Positions 49,232 to 62,884 of a stretch of 64,000 nucleotides of DNA are shown in pieces. Made by a program: the position numbers and the translations under genes. Each line of letters begins with the position of its first letter. Within the stretch, counting starts at the first letter, position 1. The notes below the pieces were generated by a model. It worked only from the letters and a program-made list of their open reading frames with translations. It did no database searches and had not been told where the DNA came from. This DNA comes from Eledone cirrhosa (taxonomy: Eukaryota), in contig OZ024740.1 of the NCBI GenBank assembly GCA_964016885.1, positions 135,284,001-135,348,000 on the forward strand, given 5' to 3'.

Positions 49232-50120
49232 CTAGCAGTGGTACCCGGCATTGCACGGGATAAGGTATTTTGTCATGCAGGCCGCCAACAGACCTAATCG
49301 TGGAAAAACTGCCTGCCTGGACAATATGTAAAGAAAATAAACCGAATACTCTGATGGCTGGATAATCTAAGATTTTCCTCGATGAAGCAGGAAAGAGGCA
49401 GGTTTTCACCTAATGTGGGCCTTAGGGGATCAAGAAAATGAATTTTTTTATGCCTTGAAATTTCGGGAAAATCGGCTAGACGTAACACCTCAAAAAAGCC
49501 CTAAAAAGCTGGAAAAACGCAGTTTTTCACCTAATGCGGGCCCTAGGGGATCAAAAAGTTGAATTTGCATAACACTCCCTGAAATATAAGTAATACACAT
49601 GTAAAGTTTGAAAAAGATCAGTTGGGTACTTCTCGGGTTTCACACACACACACACACATACACACATACATACATACATACATCCTTCCTCAGTTTTATA
49701 TATATACATATATAGATTAAAATAACAGATTAAAGTTTAAACAAAGAATCGTTGCTTTCACCCTTAACAGGATCTTCTGAAACATTTCGAAAAACGTTGC
49801 AACCGAAGGAAAACAGGAAGACGATACTTTGGTTCGTGAAGACGTTCCCTGGCAATGAACGGATAATAGCGAACATAATACGTCATCAATGTTCATCAGA
49901 ATGTCGTAATGCAGACAGCCAGGCATACAGACAGATATTATAAGAGCGCGATGGAGATGGATAACCGGCGCCTAACACCCCTTTAACAACAGAAAATTGA
50001 AAAATAAACAGAAAATTGAAAAATAAATGCAAGTTTGAAGTCAATCGGAGTAGAAATGTGGATTTGTATAGACTTTGCAAAATGAGGACACACAGACAAC
50101 ATCAGTTTTATATATATAGA
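49232..50120 (-). mobile_element. Composite non-autonomous Helitron (two 5' ends, one 3' end)
   Basis: Minus strand: A|TCTATATATATAAAACTG at 50120, a second TC..ATATAAAACTG start at 49716, hairpin CCCGtgcaatgcCGGG and CTAG|T at 49232. Confidence 0.8.
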
Positions 50121-50159
50121 TGCCTGAGAGTATGTTTATGAATATGTGTTTGCATATGG

Positions 50160-50660
50160 AGTAGGTAGACCCAGAAAAACCTGGGACGATTTGATAAATT
50201 CCGACCTTACATACTTGCACCTCTCTAAGACAATGTCATTGGACTGAGATCTTTGGCGCTACGCAGTAATACAGAAGACCCGCCTTGGCTATGTACAAAG
50301 CGAAACCTACAGTCAGTAGGCACCTCTTAACCAAATATACACCCTATCCTCCCACTCCCACAAACACCACCCTCTCTCTGTAAAGACAGTTCAAATAAAT
50401 GAGATAATGAGATCAAGATCGTGTAGGTGTCACAAGAAAAAAACACACAATCCACGCTGTAATGTGGCCGTGTAGGCAACACAGTAAAAAGTTCCCAGTT
50501 CCACACTGTAAATGTGGTTGGTGTTAGGAAGGGCATCCAGCCATAGAAAACCTGCCAGATAGTCCTATATGAGCGAGACACGGTCACCGGACCAGCCTTG
50601 CCTCAAGTGGGACAACTCCCGTCTAACCCATGCTAACGTGGAAGATGGACGTTAAACGAA

Positions 50661-50692
<32 letters not shown>
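50160..50692 (+). mobile_element. RTE subfamily A-variant 3' end
   Basis: GVGRPRKTWDDLINSDL..., UTR, GAT tail. Confidence 0.92.
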
Positions 50693-50695
<3 letters not shown>

Positions 50696-50832
50696 CTATA
50701 TGCATGTGTATGATTGCATGTGTATGCTTGCATTATAGATGCATGTTTGTCTGTGAGTATGTATATTAATGTGTATGTTTGCATTTGTGTGCAGGCAGAT
50801 ATGTGGGGTATATATATATATGAATGCATGTT

Positions 50833-50908
<76 letters not shown>

Positions 50909-50918
50909 TGCATATGTT

Positions 50919-50970
<52 letters not shown>

Positions 50971-51334
50971 TGCATATGTTTATATTTATATATGCCTGCA
51001 ATTGTATATGAATATGTATGTTTGCATTTGTATGTGTATGTATGTGCATTCATGTTTGCAAATATATGTTTCTGTGTGCATTTGTATATTTATGTGTAGG
51101 CATATTTCCATCTGTTTGGGTGCATGTGCATTTGCAAATATTTGTGAGGGCATCTGTGAGCAGGTATATAAATGTCTCTCTGCATTTGTATGTGTCTGTA
51201 TGTGTGTCCATGTTTCCATATGTGTCTGGGTGTGGTGATGGTTTTTTTGTCTTCATGTCTTCAGTTAGAATCTGTTAAAATTTTGGTAATTGATGAAGCA
51301 CTGCTACAGAATGTGTATATATATGTACATCTGA

Positions 51335-51369
<35 letters not shown>

Positions 51370-51958
51370 AGTAGAGGAAGGGATGCTGTGAAGAGCTAAG
51401 GGTCACATGACAAATTTATGATGCTTTCTATCTGGAACTATTTCGTGATTTGTAGTGGTGGCGATGGTGGTGATGGTAGGGGTTGTTGTTGGTGGTGGTT
51501 GCCGTTGGTGGTGGTGGTTGTGGTGGTTGCAATGACAGTGGTGGTGGTGATGGGAGAGTTGTTGTTGTAGGTGGTAATTGTGGTGATTGTGGTGGTAGTG
51601 GTGTTGGTTATAGTGGTGGTGATGATATTGGTGATGGTGGGGTTGTTGTTGGTGGTGGTAATGGTGGTGGTGGTTGTGGTTGTGGGGATAGTGGTTGTGG
51701 TGGTGGAGTGGCATGAACATCAGAACATTACATATTTCATCTCTTATAAAATCTGATATGTTCATAACAATCATAAAACATTAAATTAACAAGAGCACAA
51801 CAACAAAACCCACAATTTTAATCTTTTACTAACAATAACAGCAGCAGCAGCAGCAGCAGCAGCCGCAGCAGCAGCAATAGTAATATCAACAACATCATCA
51901 ACATCATCATCTTCATCATTATCATATTCAACATCATCAACCTTACGCTGAACATCAT

Positions 51959-52011
<53 letters not shown>

Positions 52012-52019
52012 GTAGTAGT

Positions 52020-52322
52020 AGTTGTCATTACTGCAGTTGTTGTTATTACTGCAGTTGATGTCATTGCTGCAGTTGTTGTCATTGCTGCAGTTGTTGTCAT
52101 TGCTGCAGTTGTTGTCATTGCTGCAGTTGTTGTCATGGCTGCAACTGTTGTCATGGCTGCAACTGTTATCATCGCTGCAACTGTTGTCATTACTGCAGTT
52201 GTTGTCATTACTGCAGTTGTTCTCATTACTGCAGTTGTTGTCAATGCTGCAACTGTCGCCATTGCTGCAACTGTTGTCATTACTGCAGTTGGTGTCATTA
52301 CTGCAACTGTTGTCATTGCTAC
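52020..52322 (-). repeat. 18-bp minisatellite in inverted orientation relative to the main array
   Basis: GTTGTCATT(A/G)CTGCA(GTT/ACT) units, bracketed by (CTA)n(GTA)n tracts. Confidence 0.92.
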
Positions 52323-52345
52323 ATTACTACTACTACTACTACTAC

Positions 52346-52380
<35 letters not shown>

Positions 52381-52439
52381 TTATTTTAAAAGTAGTAATA
52401 ATCATAGAAGTAAGAGCAGCAGCAACAATATTGGTAGCA

Positions 52440-53100
52440 TCAACAGCAACTGTTGTGGCATCAACATGACAACAATAGTGACAACTGCTGCTGTTGTGAC
52501 ACAACATCACAACTATGGTGACATTAACAACTGAAGCTGTGGTGACAGAAACATCACAACAACTCTGACAATAACTGCTGCTGTTGTGACTGAAATATCA
52601 CAACTATAGTGACATCAACAACTGAAGCTGTGGTGACAGAAACATGACAACAGTAGAGACAACAACAACTGCAGCTGGTGTGACACCAACATCACAACAA
52701 CCCTGACAAAAACTACTGCTGTTGTGACTGAAATATCACAACTATAATGACATTAACAATTGAAGCTGTGGTGACAGAAACATCACAACAACTGCAGCTT
52801 GTGTGACACCAACATCACAACAATTCTGTCAACAACTGCTGCTGTTGTGACTGAAATATAATGACATCAATAACTGCAGCTGGTGTGACACTAACATCAC
52901 AACATTAGTGACATCAACAACTGCAGCTGTGGGACACCAACATCACAACAATAGTGACAACAATTCTAACTACAGTGAGACAAACATCAAACAGTAATGA
53001 CAATTATAACTGTAATGACAGAAGCATCACAACAGTAATAACAACTGTAGCAATGATGTCATCAACATCACAAGAGTAGTGACAAAAATAGCATAAATGG
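52440..53100 (+). repeat. Diverged satellite related to the 18-mer
   Basis: ACAACTG(A/C)AGCTGTGGTGACAGAAACATCACA-type units. Confidence 0.7.
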
Positions 53101-53289
53101 TGACACAAACATCAGAACTGTAAAAGCAACTTACGTTGAATTAGCAAAAGAATTACAAAAACAACAAATCAACAAAAACAAGAATGACATCATGTAAACC
53201 TGGTTATTTAAACCTGACCTGCAATGAGAAGCAGCAGCAACAGCAGCAGCAGCACCTCCATCACCGCCGCCACGACAACCACCACCAGC

Positions 53290-56200
53290 AGCAATAACAA
53301 CAACTTCAGCAATGACAACAGTTGCAGTAATGACAACAACTTCAGCAATGACAACAGTAATGTTGCAGTAATGACAACAGTTGCAGTAATGACAACAGTT
53401 GCAGCAATGACAACAGTTGCAATAATGTAAATAGCTGTAGTAATCACAACAGGTGCAGAAATGACAACAATTGCAGTAATGACAACAACTGCAGTAATGA
53501 CAACAGTTGCAGTAATGACAACAACTGCAGTAATAACAACAATTGCAGTAATGACAACAACTGCAGCAATGACAACAATTGCAGTAATGACAACAACTGC
53601 AGCAATGACAACAATTGCAGTAATGACAACAACTGCAGTAATAACAACAATTGCAGTAATGACAACAACTGCAGTAATGACAACAGTTGCAGTAATGACA
53701 ACAACTGCAGTAATAACAACAATTGCAGTAATGACAACAACTGCAGCAATGACAACAACTGCAGTAATGACAACAGTAGCAATGACAGCAGTTGCAGCAA
53801 TGACAGTAGTTGCAGTGATGACAACAACTGCAGTAATGACAACAGTTGCAGTAATGACAACAACTGCAGTAATGACAACAATTGCAGTAATGACAACAAC
53901 TGCAGCAATGACAACAACTGCAGTAATGACAACAGTAGCAATGACAGCAGTTGCAGCAATGACAGTCGTTGCAGTAATGACAACAACTGTAGTAATAAAA
54001 ACAACTGCATTAATGACAACAACTGCAGCAATGACAACAATTACAGTAATGACAGCAGTTGCATCAATGGCAACAGTTGCAGTAATGATAACAACTGCAA
54101 CAATGACAACAACTGCAGTAATGACATCAACTGCAGTAATGACATCAACTGCAGTAATGACAACAGTTGCAGCAATGACAACAACTGCATCAATGATAAC
54201 AGTTGCAGTAATGACAACAACTACAGTAATAACAACAACTGCAGTAACGACAATAACTGCAGCAATGACAGCAGTTGCAGTAATAACAACAGTTGCATCA
54301 ATGGCAACAGTTGCAGTAATTACAACTGCAGCAATGACAACAACTGCAGTAATGTTAACAACAGCAATAATGACAACTGCAATAATGACAACTGCAGCAA
54401 GGACAACTGTAGCAATGATATAAGTTTCAGTAATGACAACAACTGCAGCAATGACAACAAATGCAATAATGACAACAGTTGCAGAATGACAACAACTGCA
54501 GTAATAACAACAGTTGCAGTAATGACAACCGCCTGCAGTAATGACAACACTTGCAGTAATGACATAAGTTTCAGTAATGACAACAACTGCAGTAACGACA
54601 ACCGCTGCAGTAATGACAACACACGCAGTAATGACAACAACTGCAGTAATGACAACAGTTGCAGTAATGAAAACAGCTGCAGTGATGACAACTGCAACAA
54701 TGACAACAGTTGCAGCAATGAGAACAACTGCAGTAATAACAACAGTTGCAGTAATGACAACCGTTGCAGTAATGACAACAACTGCAGTAATGACAACAAC
54801 TGCAGTAATGACAACAGCTGCAGAAATGACAACAGTTGCAGCAATGACAACAGTTGCATCTATGGCAACAGTTGTAACAATGACAACAACTGCAGTATTG
54901 ATAACAACTACAGTAATGACAACAGGTGCAAACAATGACAACGGTTGCAGTAATGACAACAACTGCAGTAATGACAACAACTTCAGCAATGACAACAGTT
55001 GCAGCAATGACAGCAGTTGCATCAATGGCAACAGATGCAATAATGACATCAGTTGCAGTAATGGTAACAACTGCAACATTGACAACAACTGCAGTATTGA
55101 CATCAACTGCAGTAATGACATCAAATGCAGTAATGACAACAGTTGCAGCAATGACAACAACTGCATCAATGATAACAGTTGCAGTAATGACAACAACTAC
55201 AGTAATAACAACAACTGCAGTAATGACAACAACTGCAGCAATGACAACAGTTGCAGTAATAACAACAGTTGCATCAATGACAACAGTTGCAGTAATTACA
55301 ACTGCTGCAATGACAATAACTGCAGGAATGTTAACAACTGCAGTAATGACAACTGCAATAATGACAACTGCAGCAATGGCAACTGTAGCAATGACATAAG
55401 TTTCAGTAATGACAACAACTGCAGCAATGACAACAAATGCAGTAATGACAACCGTTGCAGTAATGACAACAACTGCAGTAATGCCAACAACTGCAGCAAT
55501 GACAACTGCTGCAGTAATGACAACAGTTGCAGCAATGACAACCGTTGCAGTAATGACAACAACTGCAGTAATGACAACAACTGCAGTAATGACAACAGTT
55601 GCAGTAATGACAACCGTTGCAGTAATGACAACAACTGCAGTAATGACAACAACTGCAGCAATGACAACCGCTGCAGTAATGACAACAGTTGCAGCAATGA
55701 CAACAACTGCAGTAATAACAACAGTTGCAGTAATGACAACCGTTGCAGTAATGACAACAACTGCAGTAATGACAACAACTGCAGCAATGACAACCGCTGC
55801 AGTAATGACAACAGTTGCAGCAATGACAACAACTGCAGTAATAACAACAGTTGCAGTAATGACAACCGTTGCAGTAATGACAACAACTGCAGTAATGACA
55901 ACACTTGCAGTAATGACAACAACTTCAGTAATGACAACAACTGCAGCACAATGACAACAGTTGCATCTATGGCAACAGTTGTAGCAATGACAACAACTGC
56001 AGTAATGATAACAACTGCAACAATGACAACAACTGCAGTATTGACATCAACTGCAGTAATGACAACAACTGCGGTAATGACAACAACTGCAGTAATGACA
56101 ACAACTGCATCTATGGCAACAGTTGTAGCAATGACAACAACTGCAGTAATGATAACAACTACAGTAATGACAACAGTTGCAGTAATGACAACAACTGCAG

Positions 56201-59200
56201 TAATGACAACAGTTGCATCTATGGCAACAGTTGTAGCAATGACAACAACTGCAGTAATGATAACAACTGCAACAATGACAACAACTGCAGTATTGACATC
56301 AACTGCAGTAATGACAACAGTTGCAGTAATGACAACAGTTGCAGTAATGACAACAACTGCATCTATGGCAACAGTTGTAGCAATGACAACAGTTGCAGTA
56401 ATGACAACAACTGCAGTAATGACAACAGTTGCAGTAATGACAACAACTGCATCTATGGCAACAGTTGTAGCAATGACAACAACTGCAGTAATGATAACAA
56501 CTGCAACAATGACAACAACTGCAGTATTGACATCAACTGCAGTAATGACAACAGTTGCAGTAATGACAACAACTGCAGTAATGACAACAGTTGCATCTAT
56601 GGCAACAGTTGTAGCAATGACAACAGTTGCAGTAATGACAACAACTGCAGTAATGACAACAGTTGCAGTAATGACAACAACTGCATCTATGGCAACAGTT
56701 GTAGCAATGACAACAGTTGCAGTAATGACAACAACTGCAGTAATGACAACAGTTGCAGTAATGACAACAACTGCAGTAATGACAACAGTTGCAGTAATGA
56801 CAACAACTGCAGTAATGACAACAGTTGCAGTAATGACAAGAACTGCAGTAATGACAACAGTTGCAGTAATGACAACAACTGCAGTAATGACAACAGTTGC
56901 AGTAATGACAACAACTGCAGTAATGACAACAGTTGCAGTAATGACAACAACTGCAGTAATGACAACAGTTGCAGTAATGACAACAACTGCAGTAATGACA
57001 ACAGTTGCAGTAATGACAACAACTGCAGTAATGACAACACTTGCAGTAATGACATAAGTTTCAGTAATGACAACAACTGCAGTAACGACAACCGCTGCAG
57101 TAATGACAACACACGCAGTAATGACAACAACTGCAGTAATGACAACAGTTGCAGTAATGAAAACAGCTGCAGTGATGACAACTGCAACAATGACAACAGT
57201 TGCAGCAATGAGAACAACTGCAGTAATAACAACAGTTGCAGTAATGACAACCGTTGCAGTAATGACAACAACTGCAGTAATGACAACAACTGCAGTAATG
57301 ACAACAGCTGCAGAAATGACAACAGTTGCAGCAATGACAACAGTTGCATCTATGGCAACAGTTGTAACAATGACAACAACTGCAGTATTGATAACAACTA
57401 CAGTAATGACAACAGGTGCAAACAATGACAACGGTTGCAGTAATGACAACAACTGCAGTAATGACAACAACTTCAGCAATGACAACAGTTGCAGCAATGA
57501 CAGCAGTTGCATCAATGGCAACAGATGCAATAATGACATCAGTTGCAGTAATGGTAACAACTGCAACATTGACAACAACTGCAGTATTGACATCAACTGC
57601 AGTAATGACATCAAATGCAGTAATGACAACAGTTGCAGCAATGACAACAACTGCATCAATGATAACAGTTGCAGTAATGACAACAACTACAGTAATAACA
57701 ACAACTGCAGTAATGACAACAACTGCAGCAATGACAACAGTTGCAGTAATAACAACAGTTGCATCAATGACAACAGTTGCAGTAATTACAACTGCTGCAA
57801 TGACAATAACTGCAGGAATGTTAACAACTGCAGTAATGACAACTGCAATAATGACAACTGCAGCAATGGCAACTGTAGCAATGACATAAGTTTCAGTAAT
57901 GACAACAACTGCAGCAATGACAACAAATGCAGTAATGACAACCGTTGCAGTAATGACAACAACTGCAGTAATGCCAACAACTGCAGCAATGACAACTGCT
58001 GCAGTAATGACAACAGTTGCAGCAATGACAACCGTTGCAGTAATGACAACAACTGCAGTAATGACAACAACTGCAGTAATGACAACAGTTGCAGTAATGA
58101 CAACCGTTGCAGTAATGACAACAACTGCAGTAATGACAACAACTGCAGCAATGACAACCGCTGCAGTAATGACAACAGTTGCAGCAATGACAACAACTGC
58201 AGTAATAACAACAGTTGCAGTAATGACAACCGTTGCAGTAATGACAACAACTGCAGTAATGACAACAACTGCAGCAATGACAACCGCTGCAGTAATGACA
58301 ACAGTTGCAGCAATGACAACAACTGCAGTAATAACAACAGTTGCAGTAATGACAACCGTTGCAGTAATGACAACAACTGCAGTAATGACAACACTTGCAG
58401 TAATGACAACAACTTCAGTAATGACAACAACTGCAGCACAATGACAACAGTTGCATCTATGGCAACAGTTGTAGCAATGACAACAACTGCAGTAATGATA
58501 ACAACTGCAACAATGACAACAACTGCAGTATTGACATCAACTGCAGTAATGACAACAACTGCGGTAATGACAACAACTGCAGTAATGACAACAACTGCAT
58601 CTATGGCAACAGTTGTAGCAATGACAACAACTGCAGTAATGATAACAACTACAGTAATGACAACAGTTGCAGTAATGACAACAACTGCAGTAATGACAAC
58701 AGTTGCATCTATGGCAACAGTTGTAGCAATGACAACAACTGCAGTAATGATAACAACTGCAACAATGACAACAACTGCAGTATTGACATCAACTGCAGTA
58801 ATGACAACAGTTGCAGTAATGACAACAGTTGCAGTAATGACAACAACTGCATCTATGGCAACAGTTGTAGCAATGACAACAGTTGCAGTAATGACAACAA
58901 CTGCAGTAATGACAACAGTTGCAGTAATGACAACAACTGCATCTATGGCAACAGTTGTAGCAATGACAACAACTGCAGTAATGATAACAACTGCAACAAT
59001 GACAACAACTGCAGTATTGACATCAACTGCAGTAATGACAACAGTTGCAGTAATGACAACAACTGCAGTAATGACAACAGTTGCATCTATGGCAACAGTT
59101 GTAGCAATGACAACAGTTGCAGTAATGACAACAACTGCAGTAATGACAACAGTTGCAGTAATGACAACAACTGCATCTATGGCAACAGTTGTAGCAATGA

Positions 59201-60000
59201 CAACAACTGCAGTAATGATAACAACTACAGTAATGACAACAGTTGCAGTAATGACAACAACTGCAGTAATGACAACAGTTGCATCTATGGCAACAGTTGT
59301 AGCAATGACAACAGTTGCAGTAATGACAACAACTGCAGTAATGACAACAGTTGCAGTAATGACAACAACTGCATCTATGGCAACAGTTGTAGCAATGACA
59401 ACAGTTGCAGTAATGACAACAACTGCAGTAATGACAACAGTTGCAGTAATGACAACAACTGCAGTAATGACAACAGTTGCAGTAATGACAACAACTGCAG
59501 TAATGACAACAGTTGCAGTAATGACAAGAACTGCAGTAATGACAACAGTTGCAGTAATGACAACAACTGCAGTAATGACAACAGTTGCAGTAATGACAAC
59601 AACTGCAGTAATGACAACAGTTGCAGTAATGACAACAACTGCAGTAATGACAACAGTTGCAGTAATGACAACAACTGCAGTAATGACAACAGTTGCAGTA
59701 ATGACAACAACTGCAGTAATGACAACAGTTGCAGTAATGACAACAACTGCAGTAATGACAACAGTTGCAGTAATGACAACAACTGCAACAATGACAACAG
59801 TTGCAGTAATGACAACAACTGCAACAATGACAACAGTTGCAGTAATTACAACAACTGCAACAATGACAACAATTGCAGTAATTACAACAACTGCAACAAT
59901 GACAACAGTTGCAGTAATGACAACAACTGCAGTAATGACAACAGTTGCAGTAATGACAACAACTGCAGTAATGACATTGGCCGCATCAACATTAACAACT
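53290..60000 (+). repeat. ~6.7-kb 18-bp minisatellite (GCAGTAATGACAACAACT / GCAGTAATGACAACAGTT) with 2490-bp higher-order duplication
   Basis: Direct observation. Identical variant patterns at 54541 and 57031. Confidence 0.97.
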
Positions 60001-60562
60001 GCCCCAATGACAATGACTGCAGCAACAGCAACAACTGCAGGAATCGCAACAACTGGAGCTATTGATACTGCAGCAACAACAACAGCTGCAACAAAATTAA
60101 AATGTAAAGAAATAAAGCAATAACAACAGTGAATGTTGGAGCCTCAATGTGTTCATTTAAGCTGCAGGAAATAGCAGCCAAGTCCTCTCAAATCACACAC
60201 CCTACTGTTTTAAAACAGAATGAACACATTCAATAACATAGTCCTAGATACATAAAAAGGTGGAATGGTCATGGCTAAAATACCTTTCATCATAGATCTG
60301 CTTGATCTGGGATGATCTTGGACTAAAAAGAACAACAACAGTAGCTTTAGTAATAACAGCAGCAACTGTAGGAATGGAATCAATGACAACAATAGTACCA
60401 CCACTACCTCTTATAACCAAGAACAGTAACAACCACAACAACTTGCATAAAGTAAAACAATTGTAACATCAACATTAACATCAATTGCATAGTAACAACT
60501 TTCAGTGCGAAATGGAAATATGAATGGTTTTTATATACATGCTTTTTATATACCTGCCTGTG

Positions 60563-60800
60563 AAGGTACATGGCTTAGTGGGTAGAGTGTCAGGCTTACA
60601 ATCGTTAGTTTGTGAGTTTGATTCTCAGACCAGGCTTTGCGTTGTGTTCTTGAGCAAGACACTTTATTTCACGTTGGACTACATTGGTGGTGTGGAGAGG
60701 GGAGGCTGGTATGCATGGGTGACTAGTGGTCTTCTACAAATAACATTGCCTGGACTTGTGCTTCAGAGGGGGAACTTTCTAGGTGCAAATTCCAGAGTTA
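60563..60800 (+). mobile_element. tRNA-derived SINE, family 2-related
   Basis: TGGCTTAGTGG, GAGTTTGATTCTC, TTGTGTTCTTGAGCAAGACACTTTATTTCAC. Confidence 0.75.
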
Positions 60801-62884
60801 TTCTTTACTCTTTACCTGCCTTTTATATTAAATAAGAATTTCAAAACTGCACCAACTAAACATAATATGTTGATTACCTGCCACAGCTTATAAATTTGGT
60901 TTGGATTTTTGCCCATTTCTCAGACATAAAATAGGGGTCAGCTTATAATCGAGTTTATATGGCAATACATATTTCTCTGACAACTTTCAATTCTCATTAA
61001 TTGTGGACCCTCTAGAAAGCTAAGTGTGACTCATTTTCCTTACTCCCTAATGTATAAAAAAATAAAAATAAAATAAAAATAATTAAATTCAATGAATTAT
61101 AGGTGAAAGTATTTCATTATCAATCATTATTCAAACTAATTATTGAAAAAAGTACACTTTTTCTAATATCAGGTTAAATTTATGTTTGATAGTAATTTTA
61201 AATATTCACCACCATCACTGCAACTACAGTCAAACATATCTGACAGTTTCTCCACAATTCATGGATTTTTCATTGTTCTTGGCAACAGCCATGGATTTTT
61301 TGCCATTTTCAGGGTATTTAGGATTATGTCATCCAATATCTCCTGTCCTTATTTAAAACAGTAGAGTGTGTTTTGATGAAGATTTTGCTATTTCTAGAAG
61401 GTTGAGCTACCATGTAGGAACTCCCTTATATTACATCAGTAAAAACCTTGGGGAAGGCATAATGTCATCCCTTCATATTTCTTATAACATTGAGATCACA
61501 GGGTTCACAATATACAAATTGATTAATTTACATCCTGAGTCAGACTGGCCATAATGGCATTTTGGGCAATACCCAGTGGTCAACTGGATTAAGTTAAAAC
61601 AAAAGAACAAATAACAGCTGAAAAATGTCACTAAAAACTGAATTCATTGCTGCTGCGGAAACATTGAAACAAAAATAAGACACGCCTTAGCTGGGCAGTG
61701 GAAATATGCTTCAAACCACCCACCACAATCTGTTAGTCAGTGATGCCCAGATGCCTGGGCTAGTTTCAATACCCAGTTCACTTCTGTTTACATCCTATAA
61801 ATACCTTGTATTCTGTTTTGAAAAAAAAATGTTAAATTGTTTAACTTGAAATATATGATGTGCTTATAGCTAATCTCATCAAGCAGAATTGACTCTTAAA
61901 AAAATAACATATGGATATAAGCTGAGACATACATACCTACACGCAGACATACATACATACATATGTATATGCATACATACATACATACATGATGATGGTT
62001 GCCCCCTTGTTATCGAGTATTGCCATTGCACGATATACCATTATTAATGATTATTAATTAATTCTATCGTGCAATGCCTGTGCATGAAGATATTTTTTAA
62101 AGTGAGGAAAGACTGTGCACTGAGCCAATCCCACTCTCTGAGTGACAGTAGCTATAACCTGAAAAGAAGAAAAGATCAACATCATCGGTAACTACTGAGC
62201 CGCAGGTTTTATATCGGAGTTATCCCAGTTTCCTGAGTTGGCTTCTCCTAGAAGAATGCCCTGACAAAGGCTATGGGTCCTTCACTCCCAGTGGTTTAAT
62301 CGCGCGATCGGGTGTCCAGCCCGACTATTTCTATGTCCCCCTGCATATACACACACATGCACCCATGTATATACACATGTACATATATATACATATGTAC
62401 ATGTGTATATACATATTTACACACTTTTGGACGGCTGTTGACTCTTATGAGTTCTTCCGACCTTTGTCAGGTTTTGTTTTTTGTCCTGCAGGGTGTCCAA
62501 AATCACCCTCCTCAGCAAGTAAACTTGGTGGGGCTGCCAGCTTAGTTGCCAACGACCCGACCATGCGACAGGTTGTATTAGGTTACATATTACCAGTAAC
62601 ACTCAAGAGTTACCCGACGTAACATAACATACATACATACATACATTGCCATGGTAAACCCAAAATAATAATTTTATTTTTTCATGGCATGACAATAAAT
62701 ATCTTCTTCTTCCATTTATTCACCAAGCGTGCTGATTCAAAGGAAATAGATATCTCCAAAGTGATTGCTTCAGGCACACAATTTTTTTCTCTTGACCATC
62801 AAAAATCAATCTATGATGGTGTACATTGTAACATCAGTTTTAGCTGTCAAAAACTAACAACTCCCATATAACATAATTAACTAA

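Noticed and set aside
53290-60000. CRISPR-like appearance of the regular repeats (also 31100-31360 and 37325-37560)
   Set aside because: No unique spacers, no cas genes, eukaryotic context
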